From Octopus bimaculoides (taxonomy: Eukaryota): a DNA stretch of 36,848 nt. The notes beneath the pieces were generated by a model. The model was not told the DNA's origin, ran no database searches, and worked only from the letters and a program-made list of their open reading frames with translations. The stretch is from assembly GCF_001194135.2 (NCBI RefSeq), contig NC_068988.1, forward strand, positions 84,320,481-84,357,328, in the 5' to 3' direction. Shown piece by piece: positions 25,093 through 36,848 of the stretch; position 1 is the first letter of the stretch, and each line of letters begins with the position of its first letter. The translations under genes and the position numbers were made by a program.

Positions 25093-25615
25093 ATATATTT
25101 TGAATAATTGATAAGGAAGACCGTGTACTGTAAGTTTTATTTAGCATGACGATTGTTTTTTGGCTTGCATTTACACTGCTCCCTAGTGGGTGGGGAACGA
25201 TATAATGGAATCAAATGCACCCTACAGTGGAGAAAAAAGTTCATCTGGTTACATTGTTACAATGTTACGTGTACATTTCGCTACTGTGTGTGGCCAGATG
25301 GTGTTAGTATGATGCATGCATTTATAGTAGTAATCAAATATAAAAAGTAAATGGGAAAGTCAGAATGGCTTTTAAAAGAAAAAATCTCTCAAAGTTGTGA
25401 AGTTCATTAATGGTTGATCATGCATATCATTCATGGCAACATGGGTACACACACACTCTTACATGTATATATGAGGTTTCTTCTGCACTAGGAGGTGCAT
25501 TTGATTCCATTCTACCATTCCCCACCCACTAGGGAGCAGTGCAGATGTAAGCCAAAATGATTGCCGTGCTAAATCAAGCTTACTCTGTCTTCCCTATCAT
25601 TTATTTAAAATATAT
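25093..25615. mobile_element. Foldback/MITE-like element with roughly 140-bp inverted arms
   Basis: 25093-25236 is the imperfect reverse complement of 25478-25615, for example cactgctccctagtgggtggggaa versus ttccccacccactagggagcagtg. Both ends lie in atatat. Confidence 0.85.
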
Positions 25616-26346
25616 TAAGATGATGATGATGATGCACTGAGGAATTCCTTACATAGATCCTGCAACTAAAGTGCAGTGCTGCAGGTGATGCCTGGTAGCT
25701 GTATGTTGAGAACGTGCTCTCAAGGCACACTACTAGGGACATACATGAGATAAGGTTTGGATACTACTTTTTAAAGTCTTCTATCTAAACTTTAATTTTA
25801 AACATAACTTGTGTATGTGTAGAAGGGTACACACATAACTTGTGTGTGTGTGTGTAGAAGGTACAATTATCTTGATATTGTATGATAATTGTAAATAAGT
25901 GTCACTGTCATACAAGTGGTGTCCTTCATTTCTAATCATCGTCATCATCATTTAAGGTCCATTTTCCATGCTGGCATGGATTTGATGGTTTGACAGGAGC
26001 TGACCAGCTGAAGGGCTGTTTTGGCATAGTTTCTATGGTTGGATGCCCTTCCTAACACTGACCACTTAAGTGTGTACTGGTTGCTTATATGCAGCACTGG
26101 CGTGGGTGTTTTTTACGTGGCACTCTGTAAAAAAGATGTCTGGCTATGGGGAAATGTGGGTACTGGCAACAGGAAGTGGATGTTAAAACAATGATGATAG
26201 TTATCTCCATGGGCCTAATTTCACAGTGAGACATACTTGCTATGTTTAGTCAAATATCAATACAACTTTGTACATTATCTACATGCATATTTAGGCACAG
26301 CTTCATTATCAATTCTTTGAAACAATATTTTTGCTATTTTTCTTGA

Positions 26347-26490
<144 letters not shown>

Positions 26491-27997
26491 TAACTCTGCA
26501 ACCAAGTATGATGTATTTGGTTATGGTTACCATCATAACAACAAAAGTAGTATGAAACTACTTGCATTATACTGCAGTGAAACTTGAATATTTTGAAAAC
26601 TATATTAAGCTGTTGTTCACTAAAGATTTCATAAAATCAATGTAATAAGTTAATGGAGACTGACTGTGAAGTTGGTGGACTTTCAGTCATATGGTTTATA
26701 AGTTCAGATGATATTATGTCAATTGTTAGCTGTCAGGACATTGCATCAGTTAAAAAATTCTTTGCTTTCCGAAATTTACCAACACTATTCCTGATGTGTC
26801 TGTGCATCCTTTCCTCTTTAAAATTACTTAATCTTCATTTTTCTATCTATTTGTGTTTCATTCTTTGCTATCTTTCTTTACTGGACTTTCTGTCTCCTCT
26901 TTTAACCTTTTCCAATGAGTGTACAATAAGCTCATGGATTGGCAAAATTGGCAGCATTTTTTTCTGGTTCTTTACATCGTGTTCAAATCCTAACGAAGTC
27001 AACTCTGTCTTTCATCCTCTCTGGGTTGATGAAATAAAGCCTCAGTTAAATACTGGGGTTGATGTAATCAACTTGCCATCATCCCCTCAAAATTGTTAGC
27101 CTTGTTCCAAAATTTGAATTATTATAATTAATACAGTCACTATGGGATGGCGGGGGGAAAGAGTTTGTTGAGCAAGGCACATAACTCTGCTTGTTCTAGT
27201 TTGCCTGACAGACAAGATACAGGTTCCACTCCCTACTTCAGAGTAGAGTGGTTAATGGGATGAAGGATTTCACCCTGTTGTATAAACAACTGTTTCAATA
27301 AGAAAAGAGGTAAAAGAAAACCTTGTAATGCATATATGGAATGTAATTCTCAATTTTCACTGCAATATATGAAAGGGCATTGTTTCATTTCAAAGGCTGG
27401 ACAGTGTATTGTGTTATAGAATAAGGCATTTCATTTCATGTTGTTGATCAACTAATGGTCAATGAGATTCAGATACTTACTGTAAATTGTAGATGGGAAA
27501 AAAAAAAAAAAAACTATGTCTGAATCAGATGGACAGTCCCATTTTGAAATGGATAAAATGCTGGCATTTTAAATGGGGTTATGGATAAAAGGTGATGAAA
27601 ACGTCTCCTTAGGAATGTAAATTTCTATTTTGGTTGAAATGGCTGAGTAGATAAGGAATAGGACTACTAATTCATGGGCTTTGAGTTTACATTCACTACA
27701 GTATTTTGTCATGTTTCTGAATTAGACATTTTATTCTGTATTGCTTCTGTTGATTTTGTTGTGGCAGAATATAATCACCATTATATCTAGGGAAGTCACT
27801 TACAATAGACTGTTATCCTATCCTGAAGTAGATTTGTTTCATATCACCTTCATTGAAGCACCAGATCTAATAAATCCTTCCGGCTCGTAAGGAATTAACT
27901 GCTTGTCCCATTATTTCATGTTATGAAGTATTTATCTCCCCTGTACCCCTTAGACTCTTAGTAGATGTGGGAAAATATACCATGTGCTGTATGTTAG

Positions 27998-28393
<396 letters not shown>

Positions 28394-28869
28394 AAAGTAA
28401 AAGCAGAAAACAGGCTTTTTTTCATAGCTGCAGTTTGTGACAAACAGACTTATTTACATTGCTTGAACATTGCATGTTGGCTGTAAGCATGTGGTCATTA
28501 GTCAGTTACATTCAGTGTACCTCATGAGGTCATTATAATAATATAAAGGTTTCTAATATTAGTACAAGGCTGCAATTTAGGATAAATTAATCTATGTACT
28601 TGTTTGGTATTTATTTTATTGACCACCCACCCCTATGGATGAAGACTATGGAGAGATTTGAATGTAAAGTTACTAAAGTGCTGTTACTAAATATCAAAAC
28701 ATTTTGTCTACCATTCTATCAAATAGCTACAACAATTAAGATATTCAACTAATAGTACAAGCACTTAGTTGAATATCAAAAGAATAAAACCAGGTCACAT
28801 TATTTTGGGATATGTTTCTACATACAGATAGGGAGTCAACAAATTACCCAAACATTATTAAAGTGGATA

Positions 28870-28925
28870 GAGTATTGAATACAATATGCTGCAACCAATT
28901 GAGTATTGAATACAATGTGCTACAA
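28870..28925. repeat. Short tandem duplication, period 31
   Basis: gagtattgaatacaat(a/g)tgct(g/a)caa at 28870 and 28901. Confidence 0.85.
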
Positions 28926-29893
28926 TATTTTGTCCAATTATGACAAAATTTTACTGACATCAACTATAGATTGTCCCAAATTATTTCTTCTGTCTCAACT
29001 CCAAATTTAAAATCCTGCTGAGGTCAACTTCTTCTTTCATCTTCCCAAGGTTAATAAAAAGTACCAATCCAGCAGAGTGGATTGGCAGAACTATAAGAAT
29101 GTTAGATCAAATGCCTTGCAGTATGTGTTCTGGCTCTTTGCCTTCTGAGTTCAAATCCTACCATAGCCTTCATGGATAATAGATATAGCCTATGACCTAG
29201 TTTAATACCTTCACCTGGCACCTTGAGTGCTTTTGATTTAGTCCTTACTCTGTTGCAAGCATTTGGGCCAGATCTCTGGTTTGAGGATATCTTCCTCTGT
29301 CCCTCCCACCTGTCCGTGTAAAAGGTCATTGGTACTGCCTTCCCTCCTGACTAAAAGAAAAAAAAATCTTGGTGTTGATGGCATAACCATTGTCTGTCTG
29401 ACATGTTGAATAAGTGAAGTATTTACTTGACTTAAGTGTTTTCTACCCAAAGTATTAACAACTACCTAAATAGCCAGTTTTGAAATAGCATCATTAACCC
29501 CAGCATGCCATCGCTATTAAGTTTAAAACTATCAACTTACAAGCTATCAGTATCGTCATTTAATATCAGTATTACATGCTGGCATGAGTTGGACAGTTTG
29601 GTAAGATCTGACTAGCTTGTGGGTTGCCTTGGTCTCCAATGTCTGCCTTGGCAAGATTTCAACAGTTGGATGTCCATCCCAGCATAAAATATATTTACAT
29701 ACATAAATACATATCTTTATGTACATATATATAAACAGACTGGAGAAAGATATTTATGTACGTAAATACATATATTGATTGGCACTGAGCTGACTTTGAT
29801 TACTGAAGATGATCGTGCTGGATGTTTAGGAATATGTTTTGAAAGTTAAATGGGAATAATGAATAAAAGGTTAAACTGATGTTTTTTGTGTTA

Positions 29894-29924
<31 letters not shown>

Positions 29925-30170
29925 ATCATCGTCTAAGGACCACTTTCCATACTGGCATGGGTTGGACGGTTTTACGTGGAGCTGGCTAGCAGGAACCTGT
30001 CCAGACTCCAACTGTCTTGTGACATGGTTTCTATGGCTGGATGCCCTTCCTAATGCCAACCACTTAACAATGAACTGGGTGCTTTTTACATGCCACCAGC
30101 ACAGGTGTGTGTACACAGCTCTGGCACAACCACTTTTTAAGTGGCGCTGGCACCTGAAAGGACAAGCTTG

Positions 30171-30210
<40 letters not shown>

Positions 30211-30755
30211 GTATATATGTATGTATGTATGTATGTATATATACACACAGTATGTAGCTTTGCATCTAATTCACTAAATGTTGGTATATTTACATAATGT
30301 AAGGCACAACAATTTTTAATGCACTCAGTGTTTCTCTTGATTTTTAAGATAATTAAGAAATTAGTAAAATAATTTTGTCATTATTAAGCTGATGCTTGGA
30401 ATTTAAATTAGCATGAAATTTTGATGGAAGATATTAATTTAGATCACTTTATAACAACATATTTGTGTTCTAGAACCAGGGGCAGTCTCAGATGAGTTGG
30501 TAACAAAAGGGTTAAATAAAACTTGTGATTCTTGACAAAACTTTTTAATGTTTACATTCTTTTACAATTCTGCTACTGATGTGAATATCTGTTCACAAAA
30601 TAAAAAAAATACTTAATCCTACAGTGATGGTATTTTAGTTGAAAGACAATGAAATTGAGATAGATAACTGCATAATAGTTGGAAGATAACAAAATTGAGG
30701 CTAACGGTGACCAATTTGAGGTTGACATTGATGAGACGGAATTTGATAATGATGA

Positions 30756-31019
<264 letters not shown>

Positions 31020-31563
31020 TAAGATGCTAATTTTATTATCTTTACATGGGTGTTGGTTTATTACATTGTGTGTACATGTTTTCATGATGTCTCTGGAATC
31101 ATAATGACATGGGAAAAAAGCTGTTTACATTTCGAGTTCAAATCTCATTATAGTAACTACTTTTCAGTCTTTTGAGATAGACATTCAAGAGATGAAAAAC
31201 AGTCATTCTGGTTGGATGTTGATGATAATAATAGTAATAATGACAGTATTAACAATGTCAATCTTACAGATAATACAAGACAATGTGTATCCTGTTGGTT
31301 AAGCTAGTATAAGGAGACTAAAACAACATAGTGTGAGTGAGTGAACGTCTAGTTTGCTTGCTAAAGTTTCTAGTTTGCTTGTCTTCAGCAAGCAAACTAG
31401 AAAAAGGTTTCACTCTGAAGTCATTAGTATTCTAATCAAAATAAAACTGCAAATTTTTATCATAAGTTGTATTTAGTATTTCAGTTTCATACACACACAC
31501 ACATATATATATATATATATGAAATTAAATATTCAACTCTTTTGTTTTTAAAATATCACTCAC

Positions 31564-31600
<37 letters not shown>

Positions 31601-31855
31601 NNNNNNNNNNNNNNNNNNNNNNNNNNNNNNNNNNNNNNNNNNNNNNNNNNNNNNNNNNNNNNNNNNNNNNNNNNNNNNNNNNNNNNNNNNNNNNNNNNNN
31701 NNNNNNNNNNNNNNNNNNNNNNNNNNNNNNNNNNNNNNNNNNNNNNNNNNNNNNNNNNNNNNNNNNNNNNNNNNNNNNNNNNNNNNNNNCATGAATTTTT
31801 TACACGCTAGTTTCATGATAAAATTCTTATAAAAGATTTTTATCCCATTATTGAA

Positions 31856-31894
<39 letters not shown>

Positions 31895-31897
<3 letters not shown>

Positions 31898-34832
31898 TCA
31901 CATGATGTGGAAGACGACTGGAGGTTTCTATGGGACAACCTGCTGAGGGCCACTGATCAGATCTGTGGATGGTGCAAAGTCCACTCTCGACCCAAGGTAA
32001 CATGGCGTTGGAACAATGTTGTTGACAGGGCTATTAAAGAAAAGAAACAGGCTTGGAAGCACTGGAAGAATGGTGGTAGCAGGGAATTGTATCAGACTGA
32101 CAGNNNNNNNNNNGGAAGAATGGTGGTAGCAGGGAATTGTATCAGACTGACAGAAGGGAAGCTAGGAGACAGGTTTATTTAGCCAGAGGGGAAGCAGATA
32201 AGAAAAGAATTTGCCAATGTTCTGTGCCATGAGAACGAAAGACTTGAGGTATTTCGTGCTGCAAGACAGTGTGTGAGAGAGAATCGTGATGTCGTAGGAG
32301 AGAAATGTGTCCGCATGGATGATGGTTCACTTGCATTAAACGAGGCTGCAAAGAGAGAGGTTTGGAGACGCCACTATGAAAGGCTGCTAAATAAAGAGAA
32401 TGAATGGGAGAAAGAGAGTCTGCTGAATGTCGACCCAACAGAGGGACCAGCTATCCGAATTGACAGTACCTTGGTAGATAAAGCAATTAAGGGTATGAAG
32501 GTAGGGAAAGCCCCCGACCCATCAAGAATCACCACAGAGATGCTCAAAATATCTGGCAGTGTTGGTTATAGCCTAGTCACCTATATAGTTAACCAGGTGA
32601 TGCATGGAGTCATATCCAATGACTGGTGTAGCAGCACCATAGTCAACTGCTACAAAGGTAAAGGTGATACTTTAGATACAAATAATTACAGAGGTATCAA
32701 GTTGTTGGATCAGGTAATGAAGGTCACGGAGAGGGTCATAGCCCAACTAATTAGGGAGAGAGTCAGTTTAGATGAGATGCAGTTTGGTTTCATGCCAGGG
32801 AAAAGCACCACTGTGGCTATATTTCTGGTAAGACAGCTGCATGGAGAAATACCTAGCCAAAGATAAACCTTTGTACCTGGCTTTCGTTGACATGGAGAAA
32901 GCCTTTGACAGGGTCCCCCGATCCCTTATCTGGTGGTCAATGAGGAAACTAGGGGATAGTTGAATGGTTCGTGAAAGCTATGCAAACCATGTACAGGGAC
33001 GCTGTCAGTAAGGTGAGGGTTAGCAACGAGTACAGTGAAGAATTCCAAGTAGGAGTAGGGGTCCACTAAGGATCAGTCCTCCAGGCAATAACAGAGGAAT
33101 TCAAGACAGGATACCCCTGGGAGCTCCTCTGTGCTGATGACCTTGCTCTAATTGCTGAGTCACTATGAAAACTAGAGGAAGAGTTTCAGGTGGGGAAGCA
33201 AAGATTAGAATCGAAGGGCCTTAGAGTCAACCTAGCTAAAACCAAAGTCCTAATAAGTAGGAAAGCAGACAAACCACAAATCCTTTCAGGTAGGTGGCCC
33301 TGCTCGATCTGTAGAAAAGGTGTAGGTAGAAACTCCATAAGATGTACCCAGTATAAGCTATGGACACATAAGAGGTGCAGCAATATCAAAGGGAGGCTAA
33401 CTGGGAAGATATTTTTTGTATGTGGCAAATGCTCAGGTGCTATAAACACAGAAATTGTGCAGAGAACAGCTTCTGTCACATTCCAGGGAGAAAAACTACA
33501 AGTAATTGATAGCTTCCATTACCTAGGGGACCAAGTCAGTAGCAAGGGTTGATGCTCTGAAAGTGTAGCTGCTAGAATAAGAATAGCTTGGGCAAAGTTC
33601 AGAGAGCTCCTACCTCTGCTGACAACAAAGGGCCTCTCACACAGAGTAAAAGGTAGACTGTATGACGCATGTGTGCGAACAGCCATGCTACATGGCAGTG
33701 ACTGCTGGGGACATGCGTAAGCTTGCAAGGAATGAAGCGAATATGCTCTGCTGGATGTGTAATGTCAGTGTGCATACACGACAGAGTGTAAGTGCCCTGA
33801 GAGAAAAGTTGGATTGAAGAAGCATCAGATGTAGTGTGCAAGAGAGACGACTGCGTTGGTATGGTCATGTGTTGCAAATGAATGAGGAAAGCTGTGTGAA
33901 AAAATGTCACACCCTAGCAGTTGAGGGAACCTGCGGAATAGGTAGACCCAGGAAAACCTGGGATGAGGTGGGGAAGCATGACCTTTGAACATTGGACCTT
34001 ACTGAAGCAATGACTAGTGACCGGGACCTTTGGAGATATGCTGTACTTCAGAAGACCCTACAAGCCAAGTGAGACCATAATCCATGGCCTATGCCAGTGG
34101 GTGTAACCAGCCCATTTATGAATACCCCTCATTCATTGGACAATAAACCTTGCTTGTGAAGACCTAATCACAAAATCAAAATTGCTGACGTGGCCGATTG
34201 GCATTACCGCCTGATTGGCACTCATGCCAGTGAAACGTTAAAAGCACATCTGAGCGTGGGGTGTAACTGGCCCACTTATGAGTACCCCTCATTCATTGGA
34301 CAATGAAATTTGCTTGCGAAGACCTATTGAGGCAAGTGTAAACAAATCAAAATCGCTGACGTGGCTGATGACAGTACCACCTAATTGGCACTTGTGCCAG
34401 TGGAACGTTAAAAGAGCGTGATTGTTGCCAGGGCCACAGATTGGCTCCTGTGCTGGTGACACGTACAAAGCACCATTCGAGCGTGATCGTTGCCAGCATC
34501 ACCTTACCGGGACGTGCCGGTGGCATGTGAAAAACAACATTCGAGCGTGGTCGTTGCCAGTGCTACTGGACTGGCTCTCATGCAGGTAGCACATAAAACA
34601 CCTTTTGAGCGTGGTCGTTGCCAGAACCGCCTGACTGGCCCTCGTGTCGGTGGCACGTAAAAAGCACCCACTACACTCTCGGAATGGTTGGCATTAGGAA
34701 AGGCATCTAGCTGTAGAAACTTTGCCAGATCAGATTGAGCCTGGTGCATCCTCTGGCTCACCAGTCCTCAGTCAAACCGTCCAACCCATGCCAGCATGGA
34801 AAGCGGACGTTAAACGACGATGATAATGATGA
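31895..34832 (+). mobile_element. 5'-truncated RTE-type LINE: disrupted ORF2 (31895-34072), roughly 760-nt 3' UTR, (GAT)n tail
   Basis: RT motifs NYRGIKLL, QFGFMPGKSTT, LAFVDMEKAFDRV, ELLCADDL (YADD decayed), GLRVNLAKTK, FHYLG and C-terminal GRPRKTW. Several stops and frameshifts. It begins directly after a (TA)n tract. Confidence 0.93.
34414..34660 (+). repeat. Tandem array of 64-65-bp units in the RTE 3' UTR
   Basis: gagcgtg(a/g)t(c/t)gttgccag starts at 34414, 34479, 34543 and 34607. It is preceded by a roughly 160-bp tandem duplication (about 34100-34410). Confidence 0.9.
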
Positions 34833-34935
34833 TATATATCATCATTTAACATCCACCTTCCATGCTGGCATGGGTTGGACGATTTGACAGGAGCTGGCCA
34901 GGTAGAAGACTGCACCAGACTTCTGTGTCTGTTTT
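34725..34935. repeat. Tail-to-tail inverted pair of RTE 3' ends forming a long palindrome
   Basis: Perfect 22-nt palindrome at 34825-34846 (aatgatgatatatatcatcatt). The arms ccgtccaacccatgccagcatggaa and ttccatgctggcatgggttggacga are complementary. Confidence 0.9.
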
Positions 34936-35307
34936 GGTATAGCTTTTATGGCTATATATAATATACTTTCATGTTTTTCTTTTGTTTTTGTTCATTTTTC
35001 CATGCTCACCCTTTCTGACACTAGGCCTTATTTCCTTTTCCAAGTAAAGGATAACATATTTTACACTTTCTCAAAACTACATTGTGCACATGAAGTTGTC
35101 AATGACATTGATTTCATCAATTTAAGAAATATATATAAACATGTATGCATACACACATCTAGGCACATGCATAGATGTATGTAAATATGCATGTGTATGT
35201 ATGTATGTGTATATATATATATATATATATCTTCCTGAGCGTTAAACTAATACATATGTTTGTTTACACACCTGTCTTCGTCTTTTGTACTTTTGTAAAT
35301 TCCAACT

Positions 35308-36189
35308 NNNNNNNNNNNNNNNNNNNNNNNNNNNNNNNNNNNNNNNNNNNNNNNNNNNNNNNNNNNNNNNNNNNNNNNNNNNNNNNNNNNNNNNNNNNNN
35401 NNNNNNNNNNNNNNNNNNNNNNNNNNNNNNNNNNNNNNNNNNNNNNNNNNNNNNNNNNNNNNNNNNNNNNNNNNNNNNNNNNNNNNNNNNNNNNNNNNNN
35501 NNNNNNNNNNNNNNNNNNNNNNNNNNNNNNNNNNNNNNNNNNNNNNNNNNNNNNNNNNNNNNNNNNNNNNNNNNNNNNNNNNNNNNNNNNNNNNNNNNNN
35601 NNNNNNNNNNNNNNNNNNNNNNNNNNNNNNNNNNNNNNNNNNNNNNNNNNNNNNNNNNNNNNNNNNNNNNNNNNNNNNNNNNNNNNNNNNNNNNNNNNNN
35701 NNNNNNNNNNNNNNNNNNNNNNNNNNNNNNNNNNNNNNNNNNNNNNNNNNNNNNNNNNNNNNNNNNNNNNNNNNNNNNNNNNNNNNNNNNNNNNNNNNNN
35801 NNNNNNNNNNNNNNNNNNNNNNNNNNNNNNNNNNNNNNNNNNNNNNNNNNNNNNNNNNNNNNNNNNNNNNNNNNNNNNNNNNNNNNNNNNNNNNNNNNNN
35901 NNNNNNNNNNNNNNNNNNNNNNNNNNNNNNNNNNNNNNNNNNNNNNNNNNNNNNNNNNNNNNNNNNNNNNNNNNNNNNNNNNNNNNNNNNNNNNNNNNNN
36001 NNNNNNNNNNNNNNNNNNNNNNNNNNNNNNNNNNNNNNNNNNNNNNNNNNNNNNNNNNNNNNNNNNNNNNNNNNNNNNNNNNNNNNNNNNNNNNNNNNNN
36101 NNNNNNNNNNNNNNNNNNNNNNNNNNNNNNNNNNNNNNNNNNNNNNNNNNNNNNNNNNNNNNNNNNNNNNNNNNNNNNNNNNNNNNNNN
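35308..36189. other. Assembly gap (N run)
   Basis: Other gaps: 4802-5311, 11398-11407, 21172-21282, 31601-31789 and 32104-32113. Anything inside them cannot be seen. Confidence 1.
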
Positions 36190-36468
36190 TTATTCTATCG
36201 GTCTGTTTTACCGAACCGCTAAGTGACAGGGACATAAACACACCAGCATCGGTTGTCAAGCAATGCTAGGGGGACAAACACAGATACACAAACACACATA
36301 TATACGACGGGCTTCTTTCAGTTTCCGTCTACCAAATCCACTCACAAGGCTTTGGTCGGCCTGAGGCTATAGTAGAAGACACTTGCCCAAGATGCCACGC
36401 AGTGGGACTGAACCCGGAACCATGTGGTTGGTAAGCAAGCTACTTACCACACAGCCACTCCTGCGCCT
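36190..36468 (-). mobile_element. Well-preserved tRNA-derived CORE-like SINE (family B)
   Basis: Minus strand: A-box-like tggctgtgtgg, B-box-like ggttcagtccc, then gcatcttgggcaagtgtctt, which resembles the CORE domain. The 3' end is lost in the gap. Confidence 0.8.
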
Positions 36469-36672
36469 ATGTATAAATATGTATAAACATTGTCCATTAT
36501 GTGGATATTTTCAACTGTATCTGATGCTTCAAAAACCTGTATTTACTCATTTACTGATATGTAACAATATGCGATTTTCTATCATTAATAAAACTGTCAG
36601 TATTCTTGGCATGTGTATGCTAGTATCAATAATCGTACAAAGTCTTAAAGAACTCATAAATTTCTCTTAAAG

Positions 36673-36752
36673 ATCAATCCTGCAAGAAGAAAGATTTCGT
36701 CTTGAAGAAGAGATGAAGAGAGATAATCGAAGAGTGCGTGGAATATCTTGGG
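36673..36752 (+). CDS. PTK2: First post-kinase FAK exon: (G)SILQEERFRLEEEMKRDNRRVRGISW; gene continues beyond the window
   Basis: tttctcttaaag and gtaagt junctions; aligns with human STILEEEKAQQEERMRMESRRQATVSW; 80 nt, phase 2-1, matching the previous exon. Confidence 0.93.
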
Positions 36753-36848
36753 GTAAGTTTCATTTCTTTGTTATCAATTCGTATGTGTGTGTGTGTGTGT
36801 GTGTGTGTGCATATATATCAGACTAAGCTGTACATGCTTATATCTCTC

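Noticed and set aside
26653-27099. 148-aa hydrophobic ORF
   Set aside because: It starts at a non-ATG position per the sequence context of T-rich intron DNA and runs into a SINE; the hydrophobicity reflects T-rich composition.
32064-32153. 40-bp direct repeat ggaagaatggtggtagcagggaattgtatcagactgacag
   Set aside because: Identical copies flank a 10-N gap, the typical sign of an unmerged contig overlap.
32273-33552. RTE ORFs as an active or domesticated gene
   Set aside because: Multiple stops and frameshifts, YADD decayed to CADD, and the endonuclease domain is missing.
34414-34660. Regular 18-nt repeats with variable spacers resembling a CRISPR array
   Set aside because: The context is eukaryotic, the spacers are related to each other, the array lies inside a LINE 3' UTR and there are no cas genes.
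36380-36468. tRNA gene
   Set aside because: A- and B-box-like motifs run directly into a SINE body, with no complete cloverleaf or poly-T terminator.

Overview
AT-rich animal genomic scaffold with N-gaps and many microsatellites. The repeat families look cephalopod (Octopus-like), but that is inferred from recognition only. The window holds the middle of one plus-strand, intron-rich focal adhesion kinase gene (PTK2/FAK). It contains the linker exon with the Tyr397-equivalent site (DYAEI), seven exons encoding the whole tyrosine kinase domain and the first post-kinase exon, all joining in frame with GT-AG junctions. The introns carry RTE-type LINE copies with a PHD-like finger inside ORF2, two tRNA-derived SINE families, an internally deleted Ty3/gypsy LTR element, a Helitron helicase scrap, piggyBac-like MITEs and a foldback element. 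The best lead is a frame-preserving 42-nt cassette exon (7133-7174) that the ORF track misses. It lies in the intron where vertebrate FAK inserts its neuronal box-7 exon and is followed by a cluster of RBFOX-type GCATG motifs. Most ORF-track entries are spurious. Exon coordinates were counted by hand; repeat boundaries are approximate and no searches were run.
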